The notes beneath the pieces were generated by a model. It was not told where the DNA came from and ran no database searches. It saw only the letters and a program-made list of their open reading frames with translations. A DNA stretch of 64,000 nt from NCBI GenBank assembly GCA_963675745.2, contig CAXXWX010000010.1, positions 32,001 through 96,000 on the forward strand, read 5' to 3'. The translations under genes were made by a program, and so were the position numbers. Every line of letters begins with the position of its first letter. The stretch's first letter is position 1. Shown in pieces: positions 8,586-18,683 of the stretch. This DNA is from Phycisphaerae bacterium (GTDB lineage Bacteria > Planctomycetota > Phycisphaerae > UBA1845 > Fen-1342).

Positions 8586-9374
8586 CTATGTTGCCTCGCC
8601 CGCCGAGTCAACCAATTCTGCGTCCGGCTCGGCGGCGGGTACGTGGCGCCGGCCGTCGCGCCACAGGTAAATCGCCAGCACGCCCACCCCGCCGACCAGC
8701 AGCATGTCGGCCACGTTAAAGACCCATGGCCACAGGTCACGCTGGCCCCAGAGCTTGGTGGGGATCTTGATGAAGTCGCGCACACAGCCGACCTTGTGTA
8801 CATCAACGGGCCGAATCAGCCATTCGTGACTGCGCTCATGATCGACCGGATACTCGCGCATCAGCCAGGCGCCGTCGCGCTCGCCCACCTTCTGCACATA
8901 CACCACCTGCCCGCTGGGCAGTCGATAATCGTAAAGCCGGACGTAAACGCGGTCATACATATTGCCCAGCGCGCCGGCCAGAATGGCTCCCAGGGCGATT
9001 TGCAGGAACCAGCGCCGGGCCGCGCCGCGCACGAACATCCAGAGCACCAGCCCGAGAGCCAGCATCGACGCAATCAGAAAGAGCGTGGTCTGTCCCTGCC
9101 CGATGCCGAACAGCGCGCCCTTGTTGAACATCGTCTGGAATTCGAGCACGCGGGGAATGATGACTTCGTGTCCGCCTTGATGATAACGCTGGAAAGCCCA
9201 CCACTTGGACCAAAGGTCCAGCGACAGACCCAACACGGCGACGAGCCAGAAGCGCGCTTGCGCCGGGCCGTTGCGCCACGCAGGTTGTTCCGCAGTGGAA
9301 GTGACAAACAGCGCGTCCGGCTGAGCGCCGGGCACCGCCTCGTGTGTCTCGGGCTTGTTTGGGGAAACAGACAA
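8586..9374 (-). CDS. lspA: Lipoprotein signal peptidase II
   Basis: LDLWSKWW, NKGALFG, GALGNMYDR, VRDFI, WVFNVAD. The start is uncertain; TTG at 9374 was chosen because it follows the upstream stop. Confidence 0.9.
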   Translation of the reverse strand: MSVSPNKPETHEAVPGAQPDALFVTSTAEQPAWRNGPAQARFWLVAVLGLSLDLWSKWWAFQRYHQGGHEVIIPRVLEFQTMFNKGALFGIGQGQTTLFLIASMLALGLVLWMFVRGAARRWFLQIALGAILAGALGNMYDRVYVRLYDYRLPSGQVVYVQKVGERDGAWLMREYPVDHERSHEWLIRPVDVHKVGCVRDFIKIPTKLWGQRDLWPWVFNVADMLLVGGVGVLAIYLWRDGRRHVPAAEPDAELVDSAGEAT

Positions 9375-9378
9375 CCGC

Positions 9379-10149
9379 TTATAACCCGCGTCCGCGGCCC
9401 TTTTCTTGCGCCAGTGTGTACTCGTAGCAGTACTTGGCCCAGGGTTTTGCCCGCAGTCGCGCCTTGCCGATCGGCTTGCCGGTGGCCAGGCAGATGCCAA
9501 ACGTGCCGTTTTCGACGCGTTCGAGCGCCTCTTGGATCTCCTTCAGGACCGCCTGTTCTCCCTCGATCAGGCCCAGGGTGAACTCGTGCTCGAAGTTGTC
9601 GCTGCCCAGATCGGCCATGTGCAGCGGCATGCGCGATTCGCCGCCGGCCTGCTCTGAAGAACCGAACGCCTGGTCCTGTAGTGCGGTAACGTCACCCAGA
9701 AGCTGGCCGCGCTTGTCGAGCAGCAACTCGCGAAACTGGGCCAGATCTTTCGGTGACAGGCCACTGCTGCGGCGTTTGACGGGTTTGTCGTCTGGCGAGG
9801 TGATCGCCTGCCGCTCTTCGCGTGCTTTCTTGGCTGCCCGCTTGGGGGCCGGCCGGGTGGCCTTCTTGCTCTTGGGGGTGCTGCGCTTCCTAGTGGCGAC
9901 CTTCTTGGCCTTTTTGGCCTTTTTCGCTTTCTTAACGGCGACCTTCTTCTTGACCTTCTTGGGTGCCGCTATTTTCTTGCGCGCTTTTTTGACCACCTTC
10001 TTTTTGGTGGTTTTCTTGGTCGCCGCTTTCTTGACGCGGGCCTTCTTTGCCGACGTCTTCTTGACGCCAACCTTTTTTTTCTTCTTCACGGCCACCTTGC
10101 CTTTGGAGCCGCGTTTGCTGACCTTGGATTTGGCTTGTTTCCTGGTCAC
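9379..10149 (-). CDS. DksA/TraR-family transcription factor with a long Lys/Ala-rich N-terminus
   Basis: HMADLGSDNFEHE, ALERVENGTFGICLATGKPIGKARLRAKPWAKYC; probable GTG start at 10149. Confidence 0.88.
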   Translation of the reverse strand: MTRKQAKSKVSKRGSKGKVAVKKKKKVGVKKTSAKKARVKKAATKKTTKKKVVKKARKKIAAPKKVKKKVAVKKAKKAKKAKKVATRKRSTPKSKKATRPAPKRAAKKAREERQAITSPDDKPVKRRSSGLSPKDLAQFRELLLDKRGQLLGDVTALQDQAFGSSEQAGGESRMPLHMADLGSDNFEHEFTLGLIEGEQAVLKEIQEALERVENGTFGICLATGKPIGKARLRAKPWAKYCYEYTLAQEKGRGRGL

Positions 10150-10380
10150 AGCGTACTCTTTCGGTTCGAGCACCGCGACTGATTTCCCCACCTGCCGCAA
10201 AAACCCACAAAAAGACGCGGAAGTGTACTAACGCGCGCGGATGGTGTCAATAGGGGGGTAGCGGATTGCGGCAGCGCGGAGCGTGGGTGCGGAATCCGAC
10301 GGCCGGATTTGATCGCCGAATGTGGGACGCGTCCAACGTCCGATTCGGCGCGCGTACGCCACCACTCGATGGTGCTTACG

Positions 10381-11400
10381 CTACGCTCCCGTTGACGTCC
10401 GGCGCCAGAGCGCTAATGCGTGTCGCGCCGCACCGCTGTCAATTGCTTCTTTCGCGCGTGTCGCTCCATCCCGCCAGTCTCCCGCGAGGCCGGCGACCCA
10501 TAACGCGGCCGCCGCATTGAACACGACGACATCGCGATGTGGCCCGGGCTCACCGTCGAGGATGCCCTCGATCACTTGCGCGCTCTCCTGCGGATTGCGT
10601 ACGAACAGCTCAGCTACGGGGGCCGGCGTGATGCCGAGCGACTCGGGGTCGACAGTTTCGATCGTCCGGCGCCCGTTCGCCAAACGCCCGACGCGCGATG
10701 GTCCGCTGATACTCAAATCGCACAGCCCCTCGAGCCCGTGGACGACGAGGGCCCGCTCGGCACCCAGATCGCCAAGTGCCGCGAGCATTGTCTCCACCAG
10801 GTCCGGGCGGCACACACCCAGCACCTGCCGCTTGACGCCCGCCGGGTTGGTCAGTGGCCCGACCAGGTTGAATATGGTGCGAATGCCCAACGACTTGCGC
10901 ACGGGGGCGGCATGCTTCATGGCCGGGTGCATCTTGATCGCGTACAGGAACGCCACGCGCGCAACGCTCAGGCAGCGCTCGATCGTCGCCACGTCGGCGT
11001 CAACGTTAATGCCCAACGCGGCCAATCCTTCAGCCGAGCCACTGGGCCGGGCGTTGCTGCGGTTACCGTGCTTGGCCACGGTCGCGCCGGCCGCGGCGGC
11101 GACAATCGCGACCGCCGAGGAAACGTTGAACGTGGGCTTTCCGTCGCCACCGGTACCGCAGGTGTCAATCGCATCGACCTCTGCTGGCACGCCGACCGGC
11201 ACCACGCGAGCGCGCATGGCCTCGGTTGCGCCGACAATCTCGTCGACGGTCTCCCCCTTGGTGGCCAGCGCGGCGAGGACGGCCGCCAACATCTCAGGGG
11301 CGACTGAGCCCGACATGATGTCGTCGAACAACCCGCGCGTCTGCTCGCGCGTCAGCGCGGTTCGCTGTACGAGCTGTTGCAGCAGTTCAGCAGTCTCCAT
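10381..11400 (-). CDS. trpD: Anthranilate phosphoribosyltransferase
   Basis: KGETVDEI, IDTCGTGGDG, FNVSS, VAKHGNR, RTIFNLVGPLTNP. Confidence 0.95.
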   Translation of the reverse strand: METAELLQQLVQRTALTREQTRGLFDDIMSGSVAPEMLAAVLAALATKGETVDEIVGATEAMRARVVPVGVPAEVDAIDTCGTGGDGKPTFNVSSAVAIVAAAAGATVAKHGNRSNARPSGSAEGLAALGINVDADVATIERCLSVARVAFLYAIKMHPAMKHAAPVRKSLGIRTIFNLVGPLTNPAGVKRQVLGVCRPDLVETMLAALGDLGAERALVVHGLEGLCDLSISGPSRVGRLANGRRTIETVDPESLGITPAPVAELFVRNPQESAQVIEGILDGEPGPHRDVVVFNAAAALWVAGLAGDWRDGATRAKEAIDSGAARHALALWRRTSTGA

Positions 11401-12571
11401 GGCCTGGTTCCTTGGCGAACTCGATGGCCGCACCGGCGCCGGGCCGACTCTGGATGATCGTCGACTTTGCGGCCCCCGCGGTGTCGTATTGTCTTCGCAG
11501 CTCCGCCGCCACATTCTCGACGCATGTTTCCGAGGCAATCGCGACTATGCAGCCCCCAAAGCCGCCGCCGGTCATGCGCGCGCCGACGACGCCGTCGACA
11601 GCGCTCACGATGTCAACCAGCATGTCCAGCTCTGCGCAAGAAACTTGGTAGTCATCGCGCAGTGAGCGGTGTGATTCCGCCAGCAGTGGCCCTACGGCCG
11701 CCAGGTCTTTGTGTCGCAGCGCGGCCGCCGTCGCGAGCGTGCGCTCGTTCTCCGAAGTGACGTGCAGGGCCCGCGCGGCTGCCGCCGGGTTCATTTGCGC
11801 CGCATGCCGCCGCACCATCTCGACGGTCACATCGCGCAGCGATTTGATCTCGGGTTGCAGCTTCTGGAAATACTCCAGCGCGACGCCGCACTCTCGTTGG
11901 CGTTTGGCGTACTCGCCGGCCGCGAGTTCGTGCCGCACGCCTGAATTGACAATCAGCACCGTGTGGTCACCCAGTGCCAGCGGTATGTGCTCGTACTCAC
12001 GCGAGCGGCAATCCAGTAGCAAGGCGGCGTCTGCCTTGCCCAGCACCGAGATGTATTGATCCATGATCCCGCAGGGTACGCCGGCGAACTCGTGCTCAGC
12101 CGTGCGACATAGATCGGCCAGCTCGCGCGCGTCGATCGGCTCACCAGCCAGTTGTGCCAGCGCCAGCGCTGTCGAGACTTCCAGCGACGCCGAACTCGAC
12201 AGCCCGCTGCCGACCGGCACCTCACTCGTCAACAGCATGTCAAAGCCGCCCAGACGCGCGCCACGCACGCGCAACAACGCGGCAATTCCGGCGACATAGC
12301 TGGTCCAGTGTGGAGCTGTCGCGCGGTCCCACGCGCTCAACGGCCAGGTCTGTCGATCATCCAGTTCGGCCGAGACGACACAGGCCGAATCGTCCTCGCG
12401 CGGCGCGCAGGCCACCCAGGTGTTCTGTTCGAGCGCCATTGGCAAGACATAACCGTCGTTGTAATCGGTGTGCTCGCCGATGATATTGACGCGCCCGGGT
12501 GCGCGGGTAACGACGTCTGCCGGCCGCCCGAAGTGGGCGGCGAACATCTTGCGTATTCGTTGTTGGTCCAT
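11387..12571 (-). CDS. galK: Galactokinase
   Basis: APGRVNIIGEHTDYNDG, VPVGSGLSSSAS, CGIMDQ, GARMTGGGFGG. Confidence 0.95.
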   Translation of the reverse strand: MDQQRIRKMFAAHFGRPADVVTRAPGRVNIIGEHTDYNDGYVLPMALEQNTWVACAPREDDSACVVSAELDDRQTWPLSAWDRATAPHWTSYVAGIAALLRVRGARLGGFDMLLTSEVPVGSGLSSSASLEVSTALALAQLAGEPIDARELADLCRTAEHEFAGVPCGIMDQYISVLGKADAALLLDCRSREYEHIPLALGDHTVLIVNSGVRHELAAGEYAKRQRECGVALEYFQKLQPEIKSLRDVTVEMVRRHAAQMNPAAAARALHVTSENERTLATAAALRHKDLAAVGPLLAESHRSLRDDYQVSCAELDMLVDIVSAVDGVVGARMTGGGFGGCIVAIASETCVENVAAELRRQYDTAGAAKSTIIQSRPGAGAAIEFAKEPGHGDC

Positions 12572-12736
12572 CGGTCCGGGATCTCGTTTCCGCGCTGCGT
12601 AAATCGGCATTTACGAACACCGACACACTACGGCGGCAGCGTTGGACGGTCAATTGGACGTTGATACGCCAGCGGGCCGGCGTCGCAGCAAGTGTGACGT
12701 CGGCCCGCTGAGTTCGTTTCCGGGTTGCGCGTGTTG

Positions 12737-13615
12737 TCAGACGATTGAGTCGTTGGGATCACCGGAGCCGGTGCCGTCGGGCGTCACATCTTCGATGCCC
12801 TCCCCCGTACTCGAGCCATCGCTGGAGGATCCGCCATCGCTGCCGTCGCTGGTTGAATCTCCGTCACTGCCGTCGCTGGTGACGGAAGATGGGCGGATCA
12901 ACGGGCGCAAGCCGTCCGCCAGCGTGTCGATGAAATCCTGCGTCGACATGCCAAAGGCCAGCGCGGTGAAAAATGTTCCGAGCATTGCGTCCGACCAGCG
13001 TATGCGGAACGGGGTCTCCTCGGTGGTGGTGGTCGTCTGCGCCGTTTGATCGAACTTGGGTAGTCGTGCGATTGCCCCGCTGGTTGAGGTTTGCTCGTCC
13101 GTCGTCTGGCTGCGGTTTTGGGGTTTGAAGACGGGGTCAATATAGCCGGTGTCGCGCAGGCGGATGAGGTCCTCGATCGTATATTGTGATCCACTGGTGC
13201 TGCTGGTTCCCGTTGACGCGCTGCCGGAGGTGGTGCCGGAAATCAGGGAACTGAGGCCGCTGGAAGACGATCCGAGCAGGTTGCCCAGCGAGCCCAGTGA
13301 TCCGCTCAGCCCGCTCAGCGAGGTTCCCGTCGCCTCGCTGGCAAGGTCCAGTAGACCGGCCAAGCCGCTGCTGCTGGATCCCGACGAGCTGCTGCTTGCA
13401 TCGTTGCTATATCCGCCGTTGAACCGGTCGGTCATGACGCCCTCGTGCCGGGCCAGTGCTTCGCGCACCCATGATCCCGGAGATCGCGCGGAAATCGCGC
13501 TACCCGAGACGTTTTCGGCCGGCGTATTCTCGGCGTAGCCGGTCGTGTCGGTCTGTGCCGAGGCGAAAGCGACGGCAAAGGCGGCAACAGCGGCGATGAG
13601 CAGGCTGCGATTCAT
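12737..13615 (-). CDS. Secreted Ser/Gly/Thr-rich hypothetical protein
   Basis: Signal peptide MNRSLLIAAVAAFAVAFASA after a GGAGG Shine-Dalgarno; low-complexity S/G tracts. Confidence 0.7.
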   Translation of the reverse strand: MNRSLLIAAVAAFAVAFASAQTDTTGYAENTPAENVSGSAISARSPGSWVREALARHEGVMTDRFNGGYSNDASSSSSGSSSSGLAGLLDLASEATGTSLSGLSGSLGSLGNLLGSSSSGLSSLISGTTSGSASTGTSSTSGSQYTIEDLIRLRDTGYIDPVFKPQNRSQTTDEQTSTSGAIARLPKFDQTAQTTTTTEETPFRIRWSDAMLGTFFTALAFGMSTQDFIDTLADGLRPLIRPSSVTSDGSDGDSTSDGSDGGSSSDGSSTGEGIEDVTPDGTGSGDPNDSIV

Positions 13616-13723
13616 AGAGGCTACCTCCGCAAACGGACGGATGTCATCCGATCCAGCTATATTATAACCTCTCGGCAAGATCCGGGCGCGGGTCGCCGAC
13701 ACGATTGTGCGAGGATTGCAGGG

Positions 13724-14758
13724 ATGCCATTGTTGCCGGCCTATCGGACGTTGAAGCCGCATCTCGTCATGGCATTGATCGCCGTCGTCTCACTCACCGC
13801 CGGCCTCGGGTGCAAGCGCGATGCCCACGTGGGGCATCTGCCCGCCCGACGTGCGCTGGTGGTGCTGATCAGCCGATCGGCGGGTGACCCGCAGTGGCCG
13901 GCCATAGTCGGCGGTGCCCGGCGCACGCTGGAACGCTACCCTTATCTGGACATGAAAACGCTCACGCCCGCGCTCGGTGAGCGCGTCACCACCGCCGAAC
14001 TCGTCCGCCGCGCGATCGGGATGGAAGCGACGGCGATTGCGATGTGGGTGCGCGATGAAGACGCGAATGACATTCCGCTTGGCGAAATCGAGCAGGCCGG
14101 CGCGATGCTGGTGACGGTCGGAGAGCCGGCCAGGTCGCTGCAGCGCGCGGCGCACGTCCAGGTCGACTGGGCCGGAGGCGCCGAGTTGCTGGGCCGTGAG
14201 TTGCCGGACATCGCCGACGGCAAACGCAGTTGCGTCCTGCTCCACAGTCAGGGACGAAACTCAATTGCCACGGCGTGCTATCAGCGGTTTGTCACCGCGG
14301 TCCGCGATCGGATCAACTTCCACATCCTGATGGAGAAGAACACGCTCGAATCAGAAGCCGCACCGACAGTGTTGGTCCGCCAGATGTTGAAGACGTTCAG
14401 GCATGCGGGCCTGGTGGTCACGCTTGAGCCGAACGTGTGGATCGGGCGGAATCCCCCGCCGGAATTGCCGTCCGGCACACGCTTCGCCACGCTGGGCGCT
14501 GTGCCGGCCCTGTGGCCGCGCGTGCTTGATGGAGAGGCGCTGGCGCTGGCCGGCACGGTGGATGGTGAGATAGGCGAGGCGGTCATCGAGCTGATCGCGG
14601 CACAGTCCACGGCTGAAGGAGTTCCGAGATTGTACCGGGTGATTGAGCCCGAACTGGTCACGCGCGAAAACCTGCTGGAGTTCGCCCGGCGCTACGCCGC
14701 CGCAGCCGGACTCGACCTGGCCGAGCTATCACCGGAACTGGCGGCGCATGAGCCGTAG
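13724..14758 (+). CDS. Periplasmic binding protein type 1 (sugar-binding-like) lipoprotein
   Basis: Lipobox-like AGLGC; DPQWPAIVGGARR, HVQVDWAGGAELLG and C-terminal LVTRENL resemble the RbsB-like fold. Confidence 0.6.
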   Translation: MPLLPAYRTLKPHLVMALIAVVSLTAGLGCKRDAHVGHLPARRALVVLISRSAGDPQWPAIVGGARRTLERYPYLDMKTLTPALGERVTTAELVRRAIGMEATAIAMWVRDEDANDIPLGEIEQAGAMLVTVGEPARSLQRAAHVQVDWAGGAELLGRELPDIADGKRSCVLLHSQGRNSIATACYQRFVTAVRDRINFHILMEKNTLESEAAPTVLVRQMLKTFRHAGLVVTLEPNVWIGRNPPPELPSGTRFATLGAVPALWPRVLDGEALALAGTVDGEIGEAVIELIAAQSTAEGVPRLYRVIEPELVTRENLLEFARRYAAAAGLDLAELSPELAAHEP

Positions 14759-14861
14759 GGCTGGGCACAGGGAATAATGAGTGATGTCGCCCCTCTTCCT
14801 CCGGCGGCAGCGTTGGCCGAGCCGATCAGCACGCAGACGGTACAGCAGCCCCTCTTGCTGG

Positions 14862-15545
14862 TTATTCTCCGTTGCGGATGCGCTTCTCGAACTCCGCGAT
14901 GACGTGGTCGGGAATGGGCTTGATTAGACGGAATTGCTGATCGTTGACGTGCCGATAGACACCAGCGACGTAGACAGTTTGAGGCTCGATGGCGAACTGC
15001 TTGCCCTCTGGCATGCTGCGCGCGTCGGGGACCTCGATTGCATAGAGCGGGGACTCGGAACGCGCGTCGGCCACTCGAATCTCCCGGTTCCCATAGCGGC
15101 GGTATTGGGGGAGCGAAATAACGTAGTAGGCGGCTACGTGGTGGTCATCGAGTGCGTATGCCATTCGCCAAGTAGTGCGCAGCTCGCCAACGGCGCCGAC
15201 CTCCAACCCCGAGGGACCGCCGCGCAAGCGCGGGATGAATGGCTCGCGTTTCTTCCGCACGCGCGATATTTCTGCTGACAGCTCTCTAATCCTGGCAGAT
15301 CGGCTTTTGGCGTCCTCGGTGCGCTCGCGCCCTTTGCCGCGCGGCTTTGTGTTCCGAATGTTCTTAACGTCAGCTCGTAGCGACTCGACATGCTGCTTGC
15401 GTTTCGTTCGGCAGGCCTCGCACAGCTTCTCGACAACCTGGTCGTCGGTGATTGTGATTCTGGCAGGCGCGTTCGAGTTGGGCTCTTCGGCATAGGCGAT
15501 CGCCGTTAGCGCTACGAGCGCGAAGCCGTGGCGAATAGGCTGCAT
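14862..15545 (-). CDS. Secreted hypothetical protein
   Basis: Signal peptide MQPIRHGFALVALTAIAYA; no family recognised. Confidence 0.6.
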   Translation of the reverse strand: MQPIRHGFALVALTAIAYAEEPNSNAPARITITDDQVVEKLCEACRTKRKQHVESLRADVKNIRNTKPRGKGRERTEDAKSRSARIRELSAEISRVRKKREPFIPRLRGGPSGLEVGAVGELRTTWRMAYALDDHHVAAYYVISLPQYRRYGNREIRVADARSESPLYAIEVPDARSMPEGKQFAIEPQTVYVAGVYRHVNDQQFRLIKPIPDHVIAEFEKRIRNGE

Positions 15546-15669
15546 AATGACCTCGAGTGGGTGGCGTTCGGGACAGCCACGTCTTTCACAGTCGTTGAGA
15601 AGCCTTCCTCTTTCGTGATGGGCCAATAGGTGCCGATAGGCAGCGCCGCTTGCACGGCGTCCTGGCTCA

Positions 15670-15927
15670 TCAGGCGGAGCGTGAGCGGCGGCCGGCGAGG
15701 AGGCCTTCTACGCTCAGATCCTCGTCGATCAGCGGCCAATGGATCCCATCGCCATCGCCGAGGAGTTCCGACTTGCCACGCTGCTCCGGGGTGGCTCGCA
15801 GCAAACGCGGGAACCAGACCAGGGGCACGGACAGCCGCCGGCCGTCGACCAGACGGACGATCAACTCGGCGTCGGTCACTTCCACCGACTCGGCCCGTGG
15901 AGTTGTCTCAACTGCCGAAGAACTCAC
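15670..15927 (-). CDS. DUF2442 family protein (putative antitoxin)
   Basis: LIVRLVDGRRLSVPLVWFPRLLRATPEQR...GDGIHWPLIDEDLSVEGLL. Confidence 0.9.
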   Translation of the reverse strand: MSSSAVETTPRAESVEVTDAELIVRLVDGRRLSVPLVWFPRLLRATPEQRGKSELLGDGDGIHWPLIDEDLSVEGLLAGRRSRSA

Positions 15928-16144
15928 GCCAAGCCTCCAGAAATCGCTCCCGGTTCTCCACGACGAGGCTCTCGATCCGCGTCAACTCATGCGCCGCGAA
16001 GCCCTTCGACCCGCACAACGTGACAGGATCGAGCCAGAACTTTGCGAGCCGTCGATCGCGCTGCACGTGAATATGCGCCGACTCCAGACCCTCGTTGCCG
16101 TAGAAGAAGAACCGATACGGGCCAATACGCGCGACGGTCGGCAT
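15908..16144 (-). CDS. DUF4160 family protein (putative toxin partner of DUF2442)
   Basis: MPTVARIGPYRFFFYGNEG.E..HIHV...AKFWLDPV...FLEAWREFF; overlaps the DUF2442 gene. Confidence 0.9.
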   Translation of the reverse strand: MPTVARIGPYRFFFYGNEGLESAHIHVQRDRRLAKFWLDPVTLCGSKGFAAHELTRIESLVVENRERFLEAWREFFGS

Positions 16145-16338
16145 ATTCGCACATGATCCACACGGATGGCCAATGCTCGTGTCCATCAGGCGGACGTCAG
16201 GGCCATTGCTTATTCTACCGCTGATCCAATCCTACTATTCCCGGCATGGCGGGGTCAAGGATCACAAGCGACGGGGAGGGGGAAAGAGAAAGGACAAGGG
16301 GGCCATTAACACCCTTCTCTAGGCTAGATCATTCACAA

Positions 16339-17658
16339 TCAATCCCGATCTCGGTGTGAGCGGAACAACAGGCGGATCGGGACTTCCTTGAACGCCGTCA
16401 CCTCTCGCAGGCGGTTTTCCATGTAGCGGCGGTAGTTCTCAGTGACGTTCGACGGGCTGTTGCAGAAGAACACGACTGTTGGCGGAGCCGTCGCCACCTG
16501 TGTCGCGTAGTAGATCTTGACTTGCTTGGTGCCGCGCTTCGCCGATGGGCCGCGCGCTTCCAGGATCACCTGAAGCACACGATTAAGCTGCCCGGTGGTC
16601 AGCCGCGTGCGCGCCTGCTTAAACAGGCTTAGCGCGGTCTCCACCGTGGCACGCACGTTGCGGCCCGTGCTGGCCGTCATGAACGTCAGCGGCGCGTATG
16701 GATACAGCGGCATGATCTCGCCCAGGTAGCGGCTGTAATCCTCCGCATCCGCGCGGCCCTTGACCAGGTCCCACTTGTTGATGCCGATCACGACCGGCCG
16801 GTATTCGTCGAGGATGGCGCGCAAGAGTTTCAGATCCACCTCGCTGACCGCCACCGTGGCGTCGATTAGATAAAGCACGACGTCGGCGCGGCGGATCGAG
16901 CGCATGGCGCGCGAGAAAGAGTAGAAGTCGATGCCCTGCATGCTCTTCTTTTTTCGCACGCCGGCGGTATCGATGGCCGTAAACGGCTGGCCGTCGATTT
17001 CGAAGTGTACGTCAATCGCGTCACGCGTGGTGCCGGGCACCTCGCTGACGATGACACGCTCGGCGCCGGCCAGCGCATTTACGATGGTGCTCTTGCCGGC
17101 GTTGCGCTTGCCCAGGATGGCGAGTTTCATTGCGGCCGCCGCCGGCGCTTCGCCAGCGCGGTCACCAAGCTGCTCGATGACCGCTTCAAGCAGCTCCCGC
17201 CGGCCGCGCCCGTGATGCGCCGAGACCATGAGCGGCGCCCCGAAGCCCAGCCGCGCGAACTGGCCGACCTCCGGTTCCAGCCGCTGGTCATCGACCTTGT
17301 TGGCCACCGGAATCACCGGGATTTCCAGCCGGCGCAGCATGTCGGCAATCGACTGATCCAACGGCGTGATCCCGTCGCGAACATCGACGATGAAGATGAT
17401 CAGGTCGGCCTGCGCGATGGCGTACTGAATCTGGCTTTCGACGTGCGTTTCGAGGCTGTCGTCATCGACGATGCCGATGCCACCCGTGTCGACCAGCTCG
17501 AAGTAACGTTGCTCATGCTCCATGAGCACCGACACGCGGTCGCGCGTGATGCCGGCGCGCGGATCAACGATGCTGATCCGCTGGCGCGTAAGCGCGTTCA
17601 GCAACGAGCTCTTGCCGACATTCGGTCGGCCCACAATGACCACCACGGGCAAAGCCAT
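16339..17658 (-). CDS. der: Ribosome biogenesis double GTPase Der/EngA
   Basis: Two G domains (GRPNVGKS...DTGG...NKVD; GKRNAGKS...DTAG...NKWD) and a C-terminal KH-like domain. Confidence 0.97.
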   Translation of the reverse strand: MALPVVVIVGRPNVGKSSLLNALTRQRISIVDPRAGITRDRVSVLMEHEQRYFELVDTGGIGIVDDDSLETHVESQIQYAIAQADLIIFIVDVRDGITPLDQSIADMLRRLEIPVIPVANKVDDQRLEPEVGQFARLGFGAPLMVSAHHGRGRRELLEAVIEQLGDRAGEAPAAAAMKLAILGKRNAGKSTIVNALAGAERVIVSEVPGTTRDAIDVHFEIDGQPFTAIDTAGVRKKKSMQGIDFYSFSRAMRSIRRADVVLYLIDATVAVSEVDLKLLRAILDEYRPVVIGINKWDLVKGRADAEDYSRYLGEIMPLYPYAPLTFMTASTGRNVRATVETALSLFKQARTRLTTGQLNRVLQVILEARGPSAKRGTKQVKIYYATQVATAPPTVVFFCNSPSNVTENYRRYMENRLREVTAFKEVPIRLLFRSHRDRD

Positions 17659-17740
17659 GCGGGGAATATAGAGGACATTGCCGCTTTGTGCTGGTAAGCC
17701 CGACTATTTCTTACGGCGGATCGCGGGGCCGGCGTGTTCT

Positions 17741-18406
17741 CTACGCCACGATGCGCGAGGCGCGCATACGGGCCGGGCTCTTCAGACGTTGGGCGAGGCG
17801 GGTGTGGACGTATTCGCGAGTGCTGACCAGCGCGCACTCTTTGGCGCCAAGCTGACGCAGCGTCATTTCAGCTTCTTCCGCATCCCAATAGCCGCAGGCA
17901 TCGTGAATGACCATCAGGTTGCGGTGGCGCAGCAATAGCCCAAGTGACAGCAGGCGAATGGTCACCTCCAGCGATACGCCGAAGATCACGAACCGCTGAC
18001 TGGGTAGTTCGGTCAGCAGGCGGTCGAGCTTGGGATTCACGAACGGGTCGCGGTGGCTTTTGACAAGTATGGCCTGCTGATAACGCTTGAATACGTCCAG
18101 CGAAACCGAGGGTGAATTGTCGGTTTCGATGAGCACTCGTCGCGGCAGTAGCGTGTAGCCGGGCTTGCGTTGGCCGACCGATCCGAACAGGCAGTCCTGA
18201 TGCGTGAGGGCGCCGATGTCGTTTGGGTGTCGGCCTTCAACGCAGGACAGCACGGGCACGCGCGCCCAGCGGGCGAACGCGATCAGGTGTTTGATGTTCT
18301 TCAACATCACCGGCAAGTTTTCGATTGGGCGGGCCCCCGCGGGATTCAGATAGTCTCGTTGTGTACAGACATCGACAAAGACTTCTTTGGGCGCGGCCCT
18401 GACCAT
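17741..18406 (-). CDS. Isochorismatase/cysteine hydrolase-fold protein
   Basis: VFVDVCTQRDYL, ILVK...DPFVNP, FVIFGVSLEVTI, VIHDACG. Confidence 0.75.
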   Translation of the reverse strand: MVRAAPKEVFVDVCTQRDYLNPAGARPIENLPVMLKNIKHLIAFARWARVPVLSCVEGRHPNDIGALTHQDCLFGSVGQRKPGYTLLPRRVLIETDNSPSVSLDVFKRYQQAILVKSHRDPFVNPKLDRLLTELPSQRFVIFGVSLEVTIRLLSLGLLLRHRNLMVIHDACGYWDAEEAEMTLRQLGAKECALVSTREYVHTRLAQRLKSPARMRASRIVA

Positions 18407-18683
18407 GCGAGACCTCCTCCGGAGTTGAGCCGGATGGGCGATGTTGCGCTTCGCAGGGGTGCCATGCCATCAGACACCGGACGCGAGAAGGGTTGTCCAG
18501 CAGATGGCGGATAGAGGAGAAAAGGGATCGGCTGCCCTGCTTCTGTTCCGCTCCTAAGACGCCGAATTGTAAGCGCAGCCGGCGCAGGTCGGCAACTATA
18601 AATCTTTTTTGAATAAAGGGTTTACGTCCGATATTCAATCGGGCATCAAATATCGGAAACATGCCTGTGCGGCGGTCGGAGAA

